Assembly (NCBI GenBank): GCA_964035545.1 | Contig: OZ037773.1 | Span: 10,321,751 to 10,385,750 of the forward strand | Reading direction: 5' to 3' | Length of the DNA: 64,000 nucleotides | From: Bugula neritina | Lineage: Eukaryota > Animalia > Bryozoa | Shown: positions 57,528 through 64,000 of the stretch, one piece after another | Layout: every line of letters starts with the position of its first letter | How positions within the stretch are numbered: the first letter of the stretch is position 1 | Position numbers and translations under genes: made by a program | Notes under the pieces: model-generated | What the model was told of the DNA's origin: nothing | Seen by the model: the letters and a program-made list of their open reading frames with translations, nothing else | The model's database searches: none

Positions 57528-60500
57528 TCATATAATATAATATAGTATTATATAATATAGCATAGTATATCACATAATATAAGGATATCAATATGTAAAC
57601 TAATGCAATCAATTACATATGTATATAATATAGTATCATATAATATAATATAGTATCATATAATATATAGTATGGTATATCAATTATAATATAATGTAGT
57701 ATCATATGGTATATTGTATCATATAATATAATATAGTATCACATAATATGTGGTAATATAGTACGTTATATATAGTGCAAAATAATATTATTTTAACACA
57801 TTTTATAGTAAAATGCAATACATAGCACAACATGACACACATAGAGTCCTGCCACAACAAATATTTATATAGTCTGTTAACTTGTTCTTGTAGTTGAGCT
57901 GCTAAAAATACTTCCTGTAGTGATTCTATACAACTTTCTACACTATATACTGCCATCCTATAACAAGTATATATAACATATTGTCATAGTTTGATAGACA
58001 TTAGACTGTATTATATGTGTGTACTTGCCTTGCATGGGTTGGTGGTAGTTAGTCACGTACCCGTACATAACTATACCATCTATAGGTCCTGGGTCTTTAC
58101 ATTCGGAGTTGTCTATTTTAAAGTACCTGCAAAATACTTCTATGATTAGACATTACATCTATATGTTGTGTTAGGATTGCTAGCCAGCTTTGTTTAAACT
58201 CCAAGAAACTAATTGTTACTATTAAAAAAAATATTTAAAAGAAAAGCCCAGTATTACTGAATAGACATATTTTGCTGATCTTTAAAGTCACAGCACTATA
58301 TACTCAGTTATAATGGAATCACCTACAAGTGGAAGCAACTCTGACTATCTGTATTTTAACACCCACCATCTGCTACAGCTGCTTATATCAGATGGTGACA
58401 TTCTATGGTCTCCGGTAGCTGTTAGTCTGAGTGCAGTCTGTGAGAATACTTTAGTGTACGAGACGGTTAACAAGTGACCGACGTTTAAGGATTTGTCCAT
58501 GTCATAATAGTTATACAACGCTATATTGCTGCTGTGATGTTTGTAGATCCTTTTTAAACCATTGATTACTGTAAAATCAATAAATATATTTAAATATTCC
58601 GTACAAATGCTATTTTTAGCATTATTTTGACTTAATGAGTCAAAATATCAATAGTAAAAAATTGATTTAATTTAAAACTACAGTTGATATTCAAGTGTTG
58701 AGCCAAAGTTTAGAAAAAGAAAAATTATGGATTTTTCATTAATCTATTTCTTTTATACAATTAGGATATTGCTGTAATATTATAGATGGTAAATTATAAT
58801 TTAAGTAATTGATTTTCACTGTTGTAAATATTATGTTAATATGTAGTTGATAAATAGATGAGGAAAATGAAACAATAACGATAATCAATACCTCCATCTA
58901 CAACTCGATCTTTTCTCACTTCCTGAATGTGCAGACGTGAAGGGGTATTGAATCCACCACTTAACATCCTCGTTGGCTGTGCATACAAGGTTGATCCACT
59001 AATCCATATCTCTATACTGTGTGTACCAGCTGGTAGTATATTATCACATATACCTTCAACTAAATAATATACATATATCTCTATACTGTATGTACTAGCT
59101 GGTAGTATATTATCACACATACCTTCAACTAAATAATATATACATATCTCTATACTGATGTATGTACTAGCTGGTAGTATATAGTATCACATATACCTTC
59201 AATTAAATAATATACATATCTCTATACTGTATGTACTAGCTGGTAGTATAGTATCACATATACCTTCAATTAAATAATATACATATCTCTATACTGTATG
59301 TACTAGCTGGTAGTATATTATCACACATACCTTCAACTAAATAATATACATATATCTCTATACTGTATGTACTAGCTGGTAGTATATTATCACACATACC
59401 TTCAACTAAATAATATATACATATCTCTATACTGATGTATGTACTAGCTGGTAGTATATAGTATCACATATACCTTCAATTGAATAATATACATATCTCT
59501 ATACTGTATGTACTAGCTGGTAGTATATTATCACACATACCTTCAACTAAATAATATATACATATCTCTATACTGATGTATGTACTAGCTGGTAGTATAT
59601 AGTATCACATATACCTTCAATTAAATAATATACATATCTCTATACTGTATGTACTAGCTGGTAGTATATTATCACACATACCTTCAACTAAATAATATAT
59701 ACATATCTCTATACTGTATGTACCAGCTGGTAGTATATTATCACACATACCTTCAACTAAATAATATATACATATCCATATCTCTATACTGTATGTACCA
59801 GCTGGTAGTATATAGTATCACATATACCTTCAATTAAATAATATACATATCTCTATACTGTAATTAAACAACATAATTTAATCTATAATACTATTCTTAG
59901 AGATAGCCTATTTTATGAAATAGAGTTAGATTTAGGCCAGATACAATTTAGGGGGTTTACCCGTACGAGACCTCCGATGTATATGCCAATACGTCTGCAT
60001 ATTATTCCCTGTAGATCTCAGTAAGAGATCTAGCAGAGGTGAGCAGCTAATTCCATTGATCTTCACATACCTGAAGAACACAGGGTAGGAGAGAAACTGT
60101 GCACAGATGTCTAGTCTCTCACTTAATTTGTGGTAGTTTATAAATATTCATGATTGGTGCTGCAACTTGATTTGTCCAAAAACTTTATTGTAGTCACTCT
60201 CCAGTACCGTAAAAAAATCTATGGCAAAGCTTTAAAAATCTAAATTTAAATTTTGCATAATTTTAAAAATGTCCTTGCATGGAAGCAAATTAAGTAGTAG
60301 TTTCAATATAATTTCTCTCTTTTTAAAATATTGATTTGAAAGTACATTTAAGTTTTTAAAAACTAAACTATTTTTGGCAAGTGCACTATTTTTCTCTGAT
60401 ATAATTTAACAAAACTGCCCTTGTTACAAAATGAAGTATCAGACTGTTTTACCATTAACTAATGAGACTACTGGTGTTACTATACAGTATCACACTGACT

Positions 60501-63500
60501 TCCCATTAACTAATAAGACTAAGCCTAGGGCCACACGGTGCGTATTTTCGCATGCGAAAATTGAAATCACAAGTAGCAAAGGTGTCCACTGTGCGCGTTG
60601 AGAAAACCTTCGCACTTGTCGCTCTGCATTTTCAACGCAAGTGCGAATCGTCTCTGTCGTCGTCACCTAATTGGCTGGTAGCTATTCAGCGAGCCCAATT
60701 TCTTTATTTAGTGCTATATTCCAGTAAATTGCGTTTTATTGAAAGCGAGTGCGATTTAAAAATGAAAGCTTTATTTATCACGCATCACTGACGCTACAGT
60801 GGACACCTTTGCTACTCGCGATTTTAATTTTCGCATGCGAAAATACGCACAGTGTGGCCCTAGGCTATGTGTTACTATACAGTAGCAGACTTACTTACCA
60901 TTAACTAATAAGACTATTGGTGTTACTATGCAGTAGCAGACTTACTTACCATTTTTAATAAAACTATTGGTGTTACTATACATGCAGTATCACACTTACT
61001 TACCATTAACTAATAAGACTATGTGTTACTATACAGTAGCAGACTTACTTACCATTTACCAAAGTGAGCAGCTGCATTACTAAACTCTACAGCCGTCACT
61101 GCTGTGTACTTGATATGTAGACTCGTATCATCAGCTAGTTTATTGTACTCTACTGTCTGTAAATACAGTTCTCTGAGGGATTATTAAAGGTAAACTTATA
61201 GCTGTTTGTAAATATGCTGGAGTTGTAGTCACATTTAAATCCAGTTTGAAATTTGATATACAAAGAAATTTATGTTATGTAAATGTTTATAAGACTGAAG
61301 ACTTTAATTGTGTCAAATTAACGCCAAGTTTGCTCACATTTTGATTACACGAGAACTGTTATATGTTTAAAAAGACGACAATTGTGTTTTGGTGACACAA
61401 CTTTTTTTCCTTTCTACTTGTCTTTTTACATTGATATTAAATAATCAATTGTTAAGTTTTTGGTGAATTATATTACACTGTAATAAACTACGTAAAACTA
61501 TATGCTCAGGGAAAGAGCAAATGAGATGAAATCCACTCAATGATATTATATTTAAGTATGGATATTAAAAAATTGACCAAAATTAGAGAATAAAAAGTAC
61601 CTTCACTAGGTGAGAGCTGGCTGAGCTGTCAAATGTATCATCTATTTCCTCATCCCACGTGTAGTACTGATAGTTAAATACATTCAGCTCTGGACATGTG
61701 TTGATTGTACCTAAATATATAATTGTACTTTCAAGTATATCATACAAAGCATCTTATCCTAACACTTATATATATATTATAGAATATGTATTTTTTGCTG
61801 AATGGGTTTAATGAAGTTTACTCTAGGACTTCCTGTTTGCTATTTCAATAATCTATAATTTAGCAAGTTGTTTTACAAACAGTGCAAAAATAATTTAACA
61901 TACTTGAGTTCTAGACTATGTGCAGTATTTAAAATCACATTTTGATCTTTGAAATTACAATTCTAAAACAATATGCATCTCAGAAGCTTCTAATTGTTTT
62001 TTAAACTAATAGTTTTTCAAGTATTTCTATCATTAAAGTTTAGCCTTTATTGTTGCTATTTTGGTTTAAAAGAATAGAAAAAATAGAACTGATCAAACAT
62101 TATATAAACCTGTATCCATAGTCTGAGAAACTGTTTCCATGACAATAACTGTAGTCCCAGCTTTAAACCTGGCATAGGCATCTGTTGTCGGGTAGCCGTG
62201 ACAGGCCCCCACAACCAACTCAACTGTGACATCACCAGAACTCAGTCCATAACAAGTGCCATCAACTGTGTGGTAATCAGAATGAGATATTATCTATAGT
62301 ATACAGAACCTTATATAACTGTATAATAGTGTGTATACATGTGTGTACATGGTAGATTTTATTATCAAAGTAAAGTCTTTTCAATTAGTTCTGTCTAGCA
62401 GTACTCTATATAGCAGCTGTTACTATATAGCTTTCAAAGTAGCACCAGCTACTAACCTAAAGCTTTCTATAAACAAGACCTAATTATATATATTGCTGAA
62501 CCTACAATATATGACCTAAACCAAGCACTGAAATTACAGTTAAATAGCTATACTATATTCATAGCATAAATGTAGTGTATTTGGGTGTGCTTCTGTTTTA
62601 TCTATTTTTTAGTTTAGACAAATTTTCAAACTATTTATAAAAAGTTGTAATCATTTGAATTGTATGACATGTTAATAAAATAGCTTTAAGCAAAATTACT
62701 GAAGCAGTAAACCAACATTATATTAGCATTTTCTTTAGAGTTTCAAGTTATTGAAATTTCTTAATTTTAAAATTAGAATAATTGCATAATTTTGAGACTT
62801 ATAGTTGCAAAGTAAAAACGGGTTAAATAGTGCTAATGACAAAATTTTGTCCTAGAGTATGGTAGTTGTGTGTTGATAGCTTAATAGAATTTTCAACAGC
62901 TAGAAGTATCTATGTAAATTAAAAAAAAACTCCCTAAAATGTATTTTGATTGCAGTTTCTTATCTTATGGGTAGCAATCTAGGTGTCATGTTAGAAGTAA
63001 AATATAAAATCAAAATCATATTATTATATTAATGAACAACCTTAAGTCTATTATTGCATTTGTGAGGCTTATAACTGCCTTTGCAAAGCTCAAAGCCTAA
63101 TTTGACAACAGGAAGTAAATAGAGAAAATAATGGAATAGATAGATTCATTTTCAAATAGCATGAAATTGCTAAGAGATTGCTTCATCACATGTATTGCAT
63201 TTATTTCATGGATTCCTGTAGCTGTATTAGGTGAAATCCTTACTGTCAGTTACTCTGTGGTGATTCCCAGTGCCTGAACTGTAGTCTACATTCTCAATAG
63301 AAGACGGGTTGGAGCACACCATCCCGTTAAATGTGAGGAACCAGCGTGTACAGTTCCCGGGACTATCTCCATGACCTCTCACCACCATGTGGAGGATATC
63401 TCTTAGTCCTGAGTCACTCACTTCCTTAGGATACGTCACTCTCTGAAACATTGCACTATTTGACTAGGATATAGAAAACTCTGAAACTTGCTTCAACTTC

Positions 63501-63778
63501 ATGTTGCAGATTCTTTACACTTTTGAAAGCTTCCTTAGAGTATCATTTATTACATGCAGTCGTAAAACTGCAAAATAGTTAGAGATTGTTTGAAAAGAAT
63601 TTACTTCTATACCTATCTAAAAAGCTTTATATATAATATTATAAACTTTATTGATAAACATCTGTATAAATACTTACAAACACACTGCCAGTGTCTGTGT
63701 GATCGTACCCGTTAGCTGCATAGAAATGTTTAACGTTGGAATATTCTCTCGAGAGGAAACACTGATCTTCTTGGTTAG
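57153..63778 (-). CDS. Paralog D of the family, partial (5' exons beyond the window). Exons: 63778-63678, 63442-63244, 62265-62110, 61710-61601, 61156-61053, 60070-59961, 59059-58892, 58568-58367, 58126-58029, 57340-57153
   Basis: Exons 5-14 have matching phases. Motifs: YPKEVSDSGLR..GNCTRWFLTFNGMVCSNPSSIE, VDGTCYGLSSGDVTVELVVGACHGYPTTDAY, HTGWRSSFNILVEEL. The last intron has a GC donor. Confidence 0.85.
59010..59862 (-). repeat. About 69-bp tandem repeat (about 12 copies) of the acceptor plus first 50 nt of paralog D exon 11
   Basis: The unit tattatttAG|ttgaaggtatgtgtgataatatactaccagct.. matches the true exon start VEGICDNILPAG. Confidence 0.9.
60450..61055 (-). repeat. About 50-bp tandem repeat carrying copies of the donor of paralog D exon 9 (aatg|gtaagt), interrupted by a MITE
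   Basis: Units ccattaactaataagact..gtgttactatacagtagcagacttactta. Confidence 0.8.
60523..60865. mobile_element. 343-bp MITE with about 70-bp TIRs, PIF/Harbinger-like
   Basis: gcctagggccacac.gtgcgtattttcgcatgcgaaaatt..gtagcaaaggtgtccactgt occurs at both ends in inverted orientation. It is inserted at TA in a minisatellite unit (empty-site unit: aagactatgtgtt). Confidence 0.8.
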
Positions 63779-64000
63779 CTGAAGAAAGTACAACTTCATA
63801 TTATCTGATGGGTATATTTGATACTAATATAAATAAAGTAGAGTTTTGAAAATTCTGAAATAAATTGATGAATAAAAACATGCAATTGATCAAATAAACT
63901 TATCCACTGAGTAAAAACTAATTTGGTATTCAATAATAACATGTTGTCATGCAAGCACACAGGTTGCTATACGTAAACATTCGTTGTACATTGCAGTCAT

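Overview
AT-rich, intron-dense animal genomic DNA. It is an invertebrate by inference, and the taxon cannot be fixed from the sequence. Genes were rebuilt by hand from splice sites and reading phase. From left to right: (1) the 3' end of a LARGE xylosyl/glucuronyltransferase gene (+); (2) a short RING/B-box/coiled-coil TRIM-like gene (+); (3) a frameshifted TPR-repeat gene containing a 42-bp coding minisatellite (+); (4) a class I SAM methyltransferase (-) with a second intact copy of its last exon 5.6 kb downstream; (5) the main feature, a 41-kb cluster of four paralogous genes (A -, B -, C +, D - partial). Each complete paralog has 14 coding exons encoding signal peptide + PAN/Apple-like domain + small Cys-rich module + three tandem CTHRC1-C-terminal-like domains, with no collagen helix. 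Copy C carries a 4-bp frameshift. The window also holds two inverted copies of a CAC-ended non-autonomous DNA transposon, a hAT MITE with a perfect 8-bp TSD and a nested foldback element, a Harbinger-like MITE, a minimal hammerhead ribozyme in a Penelope-like fragment, and many minisatellites, several seeded on splice junctions. Domain names come from motif recognition, not from database searches.
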